This document shows, in pieces, positions 19,353-28,986 of a stretch of DNA of 64,000 bases (the stretch's first letter is position 1; each line of letters starts with the position of its first letter). Position numbers and translations under genes: made by a program. This stretch comes from an uncultured Hyphomicrobiales bacterium (GTDB lineage: Bacteria > Pseudomonadota > Alphaproteobacteria > Micropepsales > Micropepsaceae). The stretch is from positions 8,313 through 72,312 of the forward strand of contig CBIHOI010000006.1 in NCBI GenBank assembly GCA_966211925.1. Reading direction: 5' to 3'. Below the pieces are notes generated by a model. The model saw nothing but the letters and a program-made list of their open reading frames with translations, had not been told where the DNA came from and made no database searches.

Positions 19353-20484
19353 TTATTCGAGGTCCGAAATCTTTTCCTTCGGCTTACCGCCGACTTCCTG
19401 CGCCAGCGCCGCCGCCATGAAGGGATCGAGGTCGCCGTCCAGCACGTCGGAGGGCGTGCGGCTTTCCACGCCCGTGCGCAGGTCCTTCACAAGCTGGTAG
19501 GGCTGCAGCACATAGGAGCGTATCTGGTGGCCCCAGCCGATGTCTGATTTCTCGCCGACAAAAGCGCCGGTTTCGGCCTTCTTCCTCTGCAGCTCGATCT
19601 CGTAAAGCCGCGCCTTCAGCATGTCCCAGCAATTGGCCCTGTTCTGATGCTGGCTGCGTTCGGTCTGGCACGCCACCGCGATGCCGGTTGGAATATGGGT
19701 GATGCGCACGGCGCTTTCGGTCTTGTTGACGTGCTGGCCGCCGGCGCCGCTGGCGCGATAGACGTCGATGCGAACGTCTTTTTCCGGAACCTCGATGTTG
19801 ATGGACTGGTCGATCACCGGATAGACGGTGACGGACGAGAAGGAGGTATGCCGCCGCGCCGCGGAATCGAAGGGCGAGATGCGCACCAGGCGGTGCACGC
19901 CGGCTTCGGTCTTCAGCCAGCCATAGGCGTTCGGGCCCTTGACCAGAAGCGTGGCCGACTTCAGGCCGGCGCCCTCGCCTTCGCTCTCTTCGATCAGCTG
20001 CAGCTTGTAGTCATGGCGCTCGGCCCAGCGGGTGTACATGCGAAACAGCATCGAGGCCCAGTCCTGGCTTTCGGTACCGCCGGCGCCGGCATGTATCTCG
20101 ATATAGGTGTCATTGCCATCGGCTTCGCCCGACAGCATGGATTCCAGCCGCATCTGTTCGGCGCGTTTGGCCAGCGCGAACATCGCGTTCTCGGCATCCG
20201 TCACCATGGCGGCATCGCCTTCGGCTTCCGCCATCTCGATCAGTTCGCGCGTATCGGCCAGCTCCAGGCCCAGCCTGCCGACGGCGGTGAGCGAGGTTTC
20301 CAGCTTCTGGCGTTCGCGCATCAGTTTCTGCGCGGCCTGGGCATCGTTCCAGAGTGAAGGATCTTCGGCCTTGGCGTTCAGTTCGTCGAGGCGTCGGTTG
20401 GCGACATCCCAGTCAAAGATGCCTCCTCAGCAGGGCGATAGCCTGCTCGATTTCTTCGGAGGTGCGGACAATTTCGGGGCGCAT
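19353..20484 (-). CDS. prfB: Peptide chain release factor 2, translated via +1 frameshift
   Basis: First 23 codons (20484-20416) end CTT TGA; the +1 frame continues DWDVANRRL into the ORF carrying SPF and GGQ motifs. Confidence 0.97.
20412..20427 (-). promoter_or_regulatory. RF2 programmed frameshift cassette
   Basis: AGGAGG-cat-CTT-TGA-C on the minus strand. Confidence 0.95.
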
Positions 20485-20519
20485 GGCGGCTGCTTAAAAG
20501 AAGGGGGCGGGAATGTAAA

Positions 20520-22991
20520 TCAATAGATGCCGCCCGTGCCCTCGCTGACAGTAGGGGCCGGGCCGCTGGTGCTGGGCTGGGCGCCCGCAACGCCGGGGGC
20601 ACTGTCATCGCCCGGCGTGGGCGCGTTGGCTTCGCCCGGCGCGGTGCCGGCCTTGAAGGCTTCCATGATGGCGCCGGGGGTGCCGGCGGGCACCGGGTTG
20701 CCGCTCTTCCAGTCGATCGGCACTTCCTCGATGCCGGGCGCGATGCGGAATGGCGTGGGCGGGGCGTCGGCCAGCGCGCCTTTCATGAAGTCGCGGAAGA
20801 TGGGCGCGGCCACCGTGGCGCCCTGCTCTTTGGGGCCCAGGGTGCGTGGGGTATCGAAGCCGACATAAACGCCGGCCGCAAGATCGGGCGAGAAGCCGAT
20901 GAACCAGACCGACTGCGCATCCTGCGAGGTGCCGGTCTTGCCCGCCAGCGGCTTGGGAATCTGCGCGCCGACGGAATAGGCGGCGGTGCCGCGCTGGACC
21001 ACACCCTGCAGCATCGAGACGATCTGGTAGGCGGTACGCGGGTCGATGATCTGCTCACGGGTGTCGGCCAGCAGCGGTTCTTCCTGACCGTGCCAGCTGC
21101 TGTCATTGCAGCCATCGCACTTGCGCTCGTCATGGCGCCAGATGGTCTTGCCGTTGCGGTCCTGGATGCGGTCGATCAGCGAGGCGGAAATCTTCTTGCC
21201 GCCATTCACGAATTCCGAATAGCCGGTGACCATGCGCAGCAGCGTGGTTTCATACGAGCCCAGCGAATTCGCCAGCAGCGGCGGCAGCTTGTCATAGACG
21301 CCGAAACGGATGGGCAGCTTCACAACAAGATTCATGCCCAGGTCATGCGCCAGCCGCACCGTCATCACATTGCGCGACAGCTCCAGGCCCCGGCGCAGCG
21401 TGGTGTCGCCCAGGAATTCGCCCTTTTCGAAATTGTCGGGCCGCCAGATGCCGAGGCCGGGGCCCTGGTCCATCTCGAACGGTGCATCCAGCACCTTGCT
21501 GGCCGGCGTATAGCCATTGTCCAGTGCCGTTGCGTAGACGAAGGGCTTGAAGGATGAGCCCGGCTGGCGCTGCGCCTGCATGGCGCGGTCGAACTGCGAC
21601 GAGGCATAGGAGAAGCCGCCCGACAGGGCCAGCACGCGGCCGGTATGGGGATCCATCGCCACGATGGCGCCATTGACCTCGGGCACCTGGCGCAGGCCGA
21701 AATCGCCCGGCGCGGCCGGCGGATCCAGCGGTTCGACAAAGAAGGCATCGCCCGGTTTCACCACGTCCTGCGGTTTGGACGGGGTCGGGCCCCACACCGC
21801 GCCCGGCAACTGGCGATGGGCCCACTTGTAGCCGTCATAGGGAATCTGGGCGGTGGTGCCGTCGGCAAAACCGATGCGGATGGCCTTGCCCTGATAGTCC
21901 AGCGCCACGGCGATGCGCCAGGTTTCGATGCCCGACTGGTGATTGGGATCGGCCGCCAGCTTGGCGAGTTCCTGCTTCCAGTTGTTCACATCGACATGCA
22001 GCTTGGCGCCGCGCCAGCCGTGACGGCGGTCATAGCGCACAAGGCCCGAGCGCAAGGCGCTGACGGCGTAGTTCTGCAGGCGGGTATCGAGCGAGGCGCG
22101 AACCTGGAGCCCGCTGTCGTACAGGCCCTTGGCCTTGTACTTGGCGATCAGCTGGCGGCGCACTTCCTCGACATAGTAGTCCACGTCGGCGGCCTGGCTG
22201 CCCAGCGCGCGGGTCTGGGTGACCAGCGGTGTCGCCTTGGCCTCTGCCGCCTGGGCGTCGGTGATGTAGCCGTTGTCGGCCATCTGGGAGATCACCCAGT
22301 TGCGCCGATCGGTGGCGGCCTGCAAGTGAAAGCGCGGATCATAGTGGCTGGGCGACTTGGGCAGTGCCGCCAGGAAGGCGACTTCCGGCACGGTCAGCTC
22401 GTCCAGCGACTTGCCGAAATAGTTCAGCGAGGCAGCACCGACGCCATAGCTGTTCTGGCCGAGATTGATCTCGTTCAGGTACAGCTCCAGCACCTTTTCC
22501 TTCGGGTATGTGGCATCGATGCGCACCGCCAGGATGGCTTCGCGCACCTTGCGCGCCATCTTGAGGTCGGAATTCAGAAGGAAGCCGCGCGCCACCTGCT
22601 GGGTGATGGTGGAAGCGCCCTGCGGCCGGCGGCCCTGCAGCACCAGGCCGACATCCTTGATGATGGCGCGCAGGATGCCGGACGGGTCAATGCCGGGATG
22701 GTTGTAGAAATTGCGGTCCTCGGCGCTGGTGAAGGCCTCCTTGACCAGCTTGGGAATGAAGGTGGCGGGCACGAAGATGCGCCGCTCATGCGCATACTCG
22801 CCCAGCACGGTGCCATTGCCGGCATAGACGCGGGTGGTGACGGGCGGGGCATAGTCCTGCAGCGTCTCCACGCTGGGCAGGTCGCGCGTCAGGGTGAAAA
22901 TCCAGAACGCACTGAAGCCGATCACCACCACCACGACAGCGGCGGCGGCCAGACCAAGCCATTTCAGCAGACGGGGGAGAAAATTTTCCAT
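20520..22991 (-). CDS. mrcA: Penicillin-binding protein 1A
   Basis: SAEDRNF, GASTITQQVA, QPGSSFKP, SRN, AGKTGT. Confidence 0.95.
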   Translation of the reverse strand: MENFLPRLLKWLGLAAAAVVVVVIGFSAFWIFTLTRDLPSVETLQDYAPPVTTRVYAGNGTVLGEYAHERRIFVPATFIPKLVKEAFTSAEDRNFYNHPGIDPSGILRAIIKDVGLVLQGRRPQGASTITQQVARGFLLNSDLKMARKVREAILAVRIDATYPKEKVLELYLNEINLGQNSYGVGAASLNYFGKSLDELTVPEVAFLAALPKSPSHYDPRFHLQAATDRRNWVISQMADNGYITDAQAAEAKATPLVTQTRALGSQAADVDYYVEEVRRQLIAKYKAKGLYDSGLQVRASLDTRLQNYAVSALRSGLVRYDRRHGWRGAKLHVDVNNWKQELAKLAADPNHQSGIETWRIAVALDYQGKAIRIGFADGTTAQIPYDGYKWAHRQLPGAVWGPTPSKPQDVVKPGDAFFVEPLDPPAAPGDFGLRQVPEVNGAIVAMDPHTGRVLALSGGFSYASSQFDRAMQAQRQPGSSFKPFVYATALDNGYTPASKVLDAPFEMDQGPGLGIWRPDNFEKGEFLGDTTLRRGLELSRNVMTVRLAHDLGMNLVVKLPIRFGVYDKLPPLLANSLGSYETTLLRMVTGYSEFVNGGKKISASLIDRIQDRNGKTIWRHDERKCDGCNDSSWHGQEEPLLADTREQIIDPRTAYQIVSMLQGVVQRGTAAYSVGAQIPKPLAGKTGTSQDAQSVWFIGFSPDLAAGVYVGFDTPRTLGPKEQGATVAAPIFRDFMKGALADAPPTPFRIAPGIEEVPIDWKSGNPVPAGTPGAIMEAFKAGTAPGEANAPTPGDDSAPGVAGAQPSTSGPAPTVSEGTGGIY

Positions 22992-23045
22992 GGGCGTGGC
23001 GAATTCATAAAGGGATTACAGGGGCTTGGAAAGGGATGCGCGGGA

Positions 23046-24374
23046 TTACTTTGAGGCAAATTGGGCATCCACGGCGTCGGCAATACCGTCCGCCACCCGC
23101 CCCCGCCAGGTGTCGGAATTCATCTGGGCGGCGTCGTGGGCGTTGGACAGGTAGCCCAGCTCGATCAGCACGGCGGGCACGTCCGGGGCGGTCAGGACCG
23201 CCAGGCTGGCGCTCCTGTGGGGGCTGCGGGCCAGGATATCGGTGACAGGGGCCAGGCTGGACAGGGCCGAGGTGGCGAAGCGGGAGGACTTGTTGATGGT
23301 GTCGCGCTGGGCCAGGTCGATCAGAATGGGCGCCACCGGACTGTTCCCCGACAGGTCCACGCCGGCGATGACGTCAGACTGGTTTTCACGCCGGGCCAGG
23401 GCCGCCGCCTCACGGTCGGAGCGACCGTCATTGAGGGTGTAGATCGACAGCCCCGTCACGCTGGGATCGGGATTGGAGTCGGCATGCAGGGCGATGAACA
23501 GATCGGCCTTGTCGGCACGCGCGATGGCGACGCGCTGGCGCAGCGGAATGAACGTGTCGTCGGCGCGGGTCATGAACACGGTGTAACCGCGCGACTGGAG
23601 CTCGCGGCGCAGCTTCAGGCCTTCGGCCAGCGCCAGGTCCTTTTCCATCAGCCCGTTGACGCCGACCGTGCCGGAATCCAGGCCGCCATGGCCGGGGTCG
23701 ATCACGATGATCTTCTTGCCACCGCCCCGGGCGGGTGGCGACTGCTGGGCCGCGATCATGGCGGCGAGTTTCTCCGCATCGCTCTCGCGTTTCTTGAGGT
23801 CGGCGGGCCAGCCTGCCAGTGCGTCGAACTTGGCGCGGTTGGTGGGGAAAAGATCGATGACCACCCGGTAGCCGAAGCCCGCGGCAGGCGGGATCACCAG
23901 TGCGTCCGCCACGGTGACCGGCTGGTTCAGGTCGATCACCATGCGAGAATTGCCCGTGCGGAACAGGCCATAGCGATAGGACTTTACCGGGCCGAAGCCG
24001 GACGGCTTTGGCGGCGCGCCCAGGCGCCAGGCCACCTGCGGCATGTCGATCACCACACGGTCGGGATTGGACAGCGCAAAGGCTCGCAGGTTCACCGGAT
24101 CAGACAGTTCGATAACCAGGCGGGTGCGATCTTCATGTTCCCCGATGCGCGCGCTCATCACGATGGGAAGCGGGCCATTGGGTTTTGCGCCAACGGTCGG
24201 TCCTGCGACCGGCTGCGGCACCGGCTTGGGCGGCGCGACGGGAAGGTTCGATCCGTCCTGCTGGTGCAGCAGCCGGCTGATGGCGTCGTCGCCCCCCTTC
24301 CCCTCATTTTGGGCCAGCAGGACACCCGGCACCAGCACGGCGGCGGCGAACAGCAGGAGGACCAAAGGGCGCAA
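23046..24374 (-). CDS. amiC: N-acetylmuramoyl-L-alanine amidase with AMIN domain
   Basis: Signal peptide, RVVIDMP AMIN repeats, IDPGHGG, ALHAD, LIELGY; TTG start. Confidence 0.92.
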   Translation of the reverse strand: MRPLVLLLFAAAVLVPGVLLAQNEGKGGDDAISRLLHQQDGSNLPVAPPKPVPQPVAGPTVGAKPNGPLPIVMSARIGEHEDRTRLVIELSDPVNLRAFALSNPDRVVIDMPQVAWRLGAPPKPSGFGPVKSYRYGLFRTGNSRMVIDLNQPVTVADALVIPPAAGFGYRVVIDLFPTNRAKFDALAGWPADLKKRESDAEKLAAMIAAQQSPPARGGGKKIIVIDPGHGGLDSGTVGVNGLMEKDLALAEGLKLRRELQSRGYTVFMTRADDTFIPLRQRVAIARADKADLFIALHADSNPDPSVTGLSIYTLNDGRSDREAAALARRENQSDVIAGVDLSGNSPVAPILIDLAQRDTINKSSRFATSALSSLAPVTDILARSPHRSASLAVLTAPDVPAVLIELGYLSNAHDAAQMNSDTWRGRVADGIADAVDAQFASK

Positions 24375-24465
24375 GAAAGCTCCGAATCTGTGCCCTGCAC
24401 ATTAGCATGGCGATTTGTTTCACCGGCCCGCTTTTGCTAGGCTTGCAACCCAAGGGAATGGGTCC

Positions 24466-25128
24466 ATGTTTCTGGAAATACAAGATTTTTTAACCCCGGC
24501 GGAAGTGGCCCGGCTGGTGGAACTTGCCGGCAAGCTGCACTTTGTCGATGGGCGTATTTCCAACCCGGCCAACATCGCCAAGAACAACCTGCAGGCCGAC
24601 CATGCCGATCCGGGGTATGCGGAGTCTTCGGCGCTGGTGGCCGGCGCCTTTGCGCGGTCGGAGGCGTTCCGCGACTTCGCCTATCCCGCCCACGTCGCCC
24701 CGCCTTTGCTGGCGCGCTATGAGGTGGGCATGACCTATGGCGCGCATGCCGACACCGCGCACATGCGCTTCGGCAACGTCATGAGGCGATCTGACCTGTC
24801 GGCGACGGTTTGGCTGTTGCCGCCCGCCAGCTATGACGGCGGCGAACTGGTGGTGCATCTGGGCACCCAGCCGGTGGTCATTAAGGGGCAGCCCGGCAGC
24901 GTGATCGTCTATCCCTCGACGCAGTTGCATGAAGTGACCGCCGTGCGGCGCGGCACGCGCCTGGTGTCGATCACCTTCATCGAGAGCATGATCCCGGAGG
25001 AACATCTGCGCACCCAGCTGTATGATCTCAGCGAAGTGGCCGCACTGGAGGGCCTCAACATGCGCTGGGAAAACCGCGTCCGCCTGGATGCCGTACGCAA
25101 CAATCTCTTACGCTTGTGGAGCCGTTGA
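24466..25128 (+). CDS. PKHD-type 2OG-Fe(II) hydroxylase (PiuC/YbiX-like)
   Basis: DGRIS, YGAHAD (HxD), RSDLSATVWL, YDGGEL, VYPS..LHEVT.V..G.R; start re-called to 24466. Confidence 0.9.
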   Translation: MFLEIQDFLTPAEVARLVELAGKLHFVDGRISNPANIAKNNLQADHADPGYAESSALVAGAFARSEAFRDFAYPAHVAPPLLARYEVGMTYGAHADTAHMRFGNVMRRSDLSATVWLLPPASYDGGELVVHLGTQPVVIKGQPGSVIVYPSTQLHEVTAVRRGTRLVSITFIESMIPEEHLRTQLYDLSEVAALEGLNMRWENRVRLDAVRNNLLRLWSR

Positions 25129-25664
25129 TGAACAGGACGATGATGATCGCCGCCTTGGCCCTGCTGGCCGCACCGGCGGCGGCGCAGGATGGCATCCGGG
25201 CGCAGCTCGGCAGCTGCCTGGCCATTCCCGGCGTGCTGCAGCGGCTGGCTTGTTACGACAGCGTCGCCAAGGGCAATGGCATCACCACGGCGGCACGCGC
25301 GCCCGTGGCGGCAGCGCCAATGGCGCCGATGCCGCCCCGCACGGCGCTGAACGCGCCGCCGGCGCCCAGGGCCGCCAGCGCAACGGAAGGTTTTGGCGCC
25401 GAACGCCTGCCGCAGGCACAGGCCGCGCGCCGGGCGGTGGAAGAAATCACCTCCCCCATCACCGACATCACCTATTCGATAACGGGCAAGTTCACCGTCA
25501 CCCTGGCCAATGGCCAGGTCTGGCGGCAGAAGGAAGGGGATGTCGCCGCGAAATTCTACCGCAAGTCCGACCAGACGGCGACGATCTCGCGTGGCACCTT
25601 GGGCAGCTACAACATGGTGATCAACGGTTCGGGTGCCTATTACAAGGTTTCGCGCGTCCGCTGA
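25128..25664 (+). CDS. Exported hypothetical protein
   Basis: Signal peptide (APAAAQ), C-x11-C (RLACYD), Ala/Pro linker, beta-rich C-terminus (TLANGQVWRQ); ATG overlaps upstream TGA. Confidence 0.8.
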   Translation: MNRTMMIAALALLAAPAAAQDGIRAQLGSCLAIPGVLQRLACYDSVAKGNGITTAARAPVAAAPMAPMPPRTALNAPPAPRAASATEGFGAERLPQAQAARRAVEEITSPITDITYSITGKFTVTLANGQVWRQKEGDVAAKFYRKSDQTATISRGTLGSYNMVINGSGAYYKVSRVR

Positions 25665-25670
25665 CGGCCC

Positions 25671-27242
25671 ATGGAGAGCATGATTTCGATTCCGCAGAAG
25701 CTTGAGCGCATTGATGATGCGCTGCGCGCCAGCGCGCCGGAAGTCCTGGACCTCACCGCGGACTTCGTGACGGAATATCCCGACAACATCGATGGCTGGA
25801 TTTTTCGCGGCCGGGCCCTGCAGCTCACGTCGGAATTCGCCGCCATGCTGGACGCCGCCCAGCGGACACAGGTGCTGGATCCGGCGAACCCACTGGGGCA
25901 GCTTCTGATGGTGCAGGCGCTGCTGGCCAATGGCCGCGCCATGGAAGCGTTCGAGGCCGCCAAGCTTCTGGAAGCGCAAAGGAAGTTCGACGCCGCGATC
26001 CTGGGACAGGTGGGGAATTTCTATGCCCAGACCAACCGCCATGCCGAGGCCGCGCGCTGCTATGAGCGGGTCAAGGTGCTGCTGCCCGGTGACGCGAGCA
26101 CCATCTACAGCCTTGCCAGCGCCTATGTCGCGATGGGGCAGCTAGACAAGGCCGAGCAGCTCTTCGACGCGCTGCTGCGCAAGTCGCCGCACGAATATGA
26201 CGCCTACTACAATCGCGCGACCTTGCGAAAACAGACGGCGCAGAGCAATCACGTCGCCGAAATGGAAAGGGTGCTCGCCCAGCCGATGCGCAAGGAAAGC
26301 GGCGAGCAGACGCTCTGCTATTCGCTGGCCAAGGAACTGGAGGACATGAAGGACTGGAAGCGGTCCTTCCAGTATCTGCGGCGCGGCGCGGACGCCCACC
26401 GGCGCTATTTCCCTTATGACCGGCAATATGAGCTGGGCACTCTGGATACCATCGCGAAGATCTTCGACGGGGATTTCTTTCGCCGCCCCAACCACGGCTT
26501 TGCGGCCGGCAAGCCGATCTTCGTGCTAGGCATGCCGCGCAGCGGCACCACCCTGGTCGATCGCATCCTGTCATCCCACAGCCAGGTGGAAAGCGCCGGT
26601 GAATCCAGCGAGTTCGCCGCCAGCATCCTGCGTGCCTGTGGCGGCCAGGACGGTCGCGGCAACATTGCCTATGAACAGACACGCACCCTGGATTTCGCTG
26701 CGCTGGGACAGGATTATTGCAACACCATGGCAGGCCTGCTGCCGGGCGTGCCCCATGCGCTGGACAAGACGCCGAGCAATTTCTACGTGATCGGGCTGAT
26801 CGCCGCGTCGCTGCCCAATGCACCGATCATCCATTTGCGGCGCAACCCGGTGGCGAACTGTTATGCCGTCTACAAGACGCTGTTCCGCTCCGGCTACAAT
26901 TTTTCCTACAATCTGGAAGAGATGGGCGAATATTATCTGGGTTACCTGAAGCTGATGGCGCACTGGCGCAAGGTGCTGCCCGGCCGCTTCCTGGACGTGG
27001 ATTATGAAGCGCTGGTCGCCAACCAGGAGGAAGAAAGCCGCCGCATCATCGCCTGGTGCGGGCTGGACTGGGAAGACGCGGTGCTGTCCTTCGAAAAGAA
27101 TGCCAGCCCCAGCCTGACCGCCAGCGCCGCACAGGTGCGCCAGCCCATCTATCGCACCTCGCTGGAACAGTGGCGCAATTACGAAGAAGAGCTACAGCCC
27201 CTCATCCGCGTCCTGCGTGATGGTGGCGCGGAAATCGACTAG
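25671..27242 (+). CDS. TPR-repeat sulfotransferase (ST1)
   Basis: About 5 TPR-like repeats, FVLGMPRSGTTLVDRIL, DKTPSN, W..YEEEL.PL. Confidence 0.9.
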   Translation: MESMISIPQKLERIDDALRASAPEVLDLTADFVTEYPDNIDGWIFRGRALQLTSEFAAMLDAAQRTQVLDPANPLGQLLMVQALLANGRAMEAFEAAKLLEAQRKFDAAILGQVGNFYAQTNRHAEAARCYERVKVLLPGDASTIYSLASAYVAMGQLDKAEQLFDALLRKSPHEYDAYYNRATLRKQTAQSNHVAEMERVLAQPMRKESGEQTLCYSLAKELEDMKDWKRSFQYLRRGADAHRRYFPYDRQYELGTLDTIAKIFDGDFFRRPNHGFAAGKPIFVLGMPRSGTTLVDRILSSHSQVESAGESSEFAASILRACGGQDGRGNIAYEQTRTLDFAALGQDYCNTMAGLLPGVPHALDKTPSNFYVIGLIAASLPNAPIIHLRRNPVANCYAVYKTLFRSGYNFSYNLEEMGEYYLGYLKLMAHWRKVLPGRFLDVDYEALVANQEEESRRIIAWCGLDWEDAVLSFEKNASPSLTASAAQVRQPIYRTSLEQWRNYEEELQPLIRVLRDGGAEID

Positions 27243-27245
27243 CGG

Positions 27246-28883
27246 TCAGTTCTCGCCGTAGCCGAAACGCCGAGCCCAGGGCGACAGCAGCGGCACAATG
27301 GCGTGCAGCTGCTGGGCATAAGCGCGCCAGCGGCCCACGCCTTCCCGGGTGAGTCCCTTGGACAATTGCGGGGCGCTGAGAGAGGCGATCTGGCGCTGGG
27401 CGACCCGTGCCGCGAAATCGCGAAGATTGTCATCCCATTGCAGGCCGATAAATGCGCAGACCGTCTTGGTCTGTGTCTCGAAATCCTCGACCAGCGCTTC
27501 ATGGCGAACCAGCAGCGCATTGAGCGGCAGGTTGTCCAGCGACCAGGCGCCGATGGTCATGGTGACATCGTACAGCCGGGCAGCGCTTTCCAGGTCCAGG
27601 AAGGCATAGGTGACCGCACCGACATCGAGGTGACGGCGAAAACAGCTGAACACCACGTCGCGCGGATCGCGCACGGCAAACAGGATGCGGGCACCGGGGA
27701 AAAGTCGCGCGATCAGCGGCAGCTTGGCGGTGTGCAGCGGCTGCTTGTCGATGAAGACCTTGTCCGCCACGTCGCACCCCTTGGCGGCCACGCCTTGCCA
27801 ATAAGCCTCGCGCAGCGCGTCGAGCTCCTGCTGGCTTGCCGCGGCCAGCTTCGCCAGGCCTTCAGGGCTCATCAGGTATGTTGCGGCAGCTTCGCCCAGC
27901 AGATCGGTTTCTTCCAGGGTCGTCACGTCGGGATGGGATGCCAGCACCTGCTCCAGCAAGGTGGTGCCTGACCGCATGAATCCCAGCAGGAACACATGCT
28001 GGCGTGCCGGCGCGGGCACGGCATCCGGCGCGCTGGGCTGAGCGGCGGGCTGCGCCGCCAAGGCATCTGCGAGGCGGCGCAAATTCGTGTAGGCCTCCTG
28101 CGACCGGGCGCGCTTGGCCTGGTGGATTTCCTGTAGCAGCGCATTTTCCCGCGCATAGGCCTCGAAGGCGTCGCCGGTGCGATCCTGGGCATCCAGCGCG
28201 TCACCCAGAACACCGAAGGCAATGGCTTTGGTCAGCACCGTGGTGGCAGGCGCTTGCGTCAGCGGCCGTGCCAATGTCTCGGCGCCCTGGGGCGCTCCTT
28301 CCGCCAGGTCCGCCATCGCCAGGGCGATGGTGGCGGTGGCCTCGCCGGGCACCAGCGCAAGCGCCTTGGCGGCTGCCGCGCGGGCCGCTGGATAATCCTG
28401 CAGCCGGACCGAGACCGTGGCCAGCCCGGCATGGGCCTGGGCATGGCGGGGGTCCATCAGGACCGTCTTCTGATAGGCCAGGCGCGCGGCGGGATAATCG
28501 CGCAGGGCTTCGTATGTCCAGCCAAAGAGATAGTGCGTCGTCACCATGTCGGGCGCCAGCGCGACGGAGGCTTCCAGGATCTTCAGCCCACCCTGGGGCT
28601 CGCCCATCATGCCCATGATCCCGGCGATACTGTTCAGGATCATGGGATCGGTTTCGTCCAGAGTCCGGGCGTGATGGAACAGGCGCAGGGATTCCTGCAG
28701 CTCGCCGGCATGCTGCAGCCACAGCGCTTCCACCTTGATCAGAAAGGGATGCTCCAGACCGTCATCCAGCGCCGCTCGCGCGATGCGGCGTGCGCCGGGC
28801 AAGTCGCCGCGGCGCATGACGGCGGTTGCCTGCTGCACCGCCTGGGCGGTCTTGCGATCCTGCTCGTCCAGGGTCGTGTCCAT
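27246..28883 (-). CDS. TPR-repeat sulfotransferase (ST2)
   Basis: TPR repeats, FLLGFMRSGTTLLEQVL, DKQPLH, RDPRDVVFS; start 28883 (RBS AGGAAG) or 28901. Confidence 0.9.
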   Translation of the reverse strand: MDTTLDEQDRKTAQAVQQATAVMRRGDLPGARRIARAALDDGLEHPFLIKVEALWLQHAGELQESLRLFHHARTLDETDPMILNSIAGIMGMMGEPQGGLKILEASVALAPDMVTTHYLFGWTYEALRDYPAARLAYQKTVLMDPRHAQAHAGLATVSVRLQDYPAARAAAAKALALVPGEATATIALAMADLAEGAPQGAETLARPLTQAPATTVLTKAIAFGVLGDALDAQDRTGDAFEAYARENALLQEIHQAKRARSQEAYTNLRRLADALAAQPAAQPSAPDAVPAPARQHVFLLGFMRSGTTLLEQVLASHPDVTTLEETDLLGEAAATYLMSPEGLAKLAAASQQELDALREAYWQGVAAKGCDVADKVFIDKQPLHTAKLPLIARLFPGARILFAVRDPRDVVFSCFRRHLDVGAVTYAFLDLESAARLYDVTMTIGAWSLDNLPLNALLVRHEALVEDFETQTKTVCAFIGLQWDDNLRDFAARVAQRQIASLSAPQLSKGLTREGVGRWRAYAQQLHAIVPLLSPWARRFGYGEN

Positions 28884-28932
28884 GGGTCTTCCTATCGCCA
28901 TCCGGCGGAGGCCGCCAGCTTTTCAAATGCTG

Positions 28933-28964
28933 AAAAGCAAAACGGCGGCCTTTTGGGCCGCCGC
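28933..28964 (-). terminator. Intrinsic terminator after the TonB-dependent receptor
   Basis: CGGCGGCC-caaaa-GGCCGCCG-TTTTGCTTTT on the minus strand. Confidence 0.75.
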
Positions 28965-28986
28965 TCGCTCAGAGAAAGTAGGTCGA

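Noticed and set aside
19353-20484. prfB as a pseudogene
   Set aside because: The internal stop is the canonical CTT-TGA-C recoding site.
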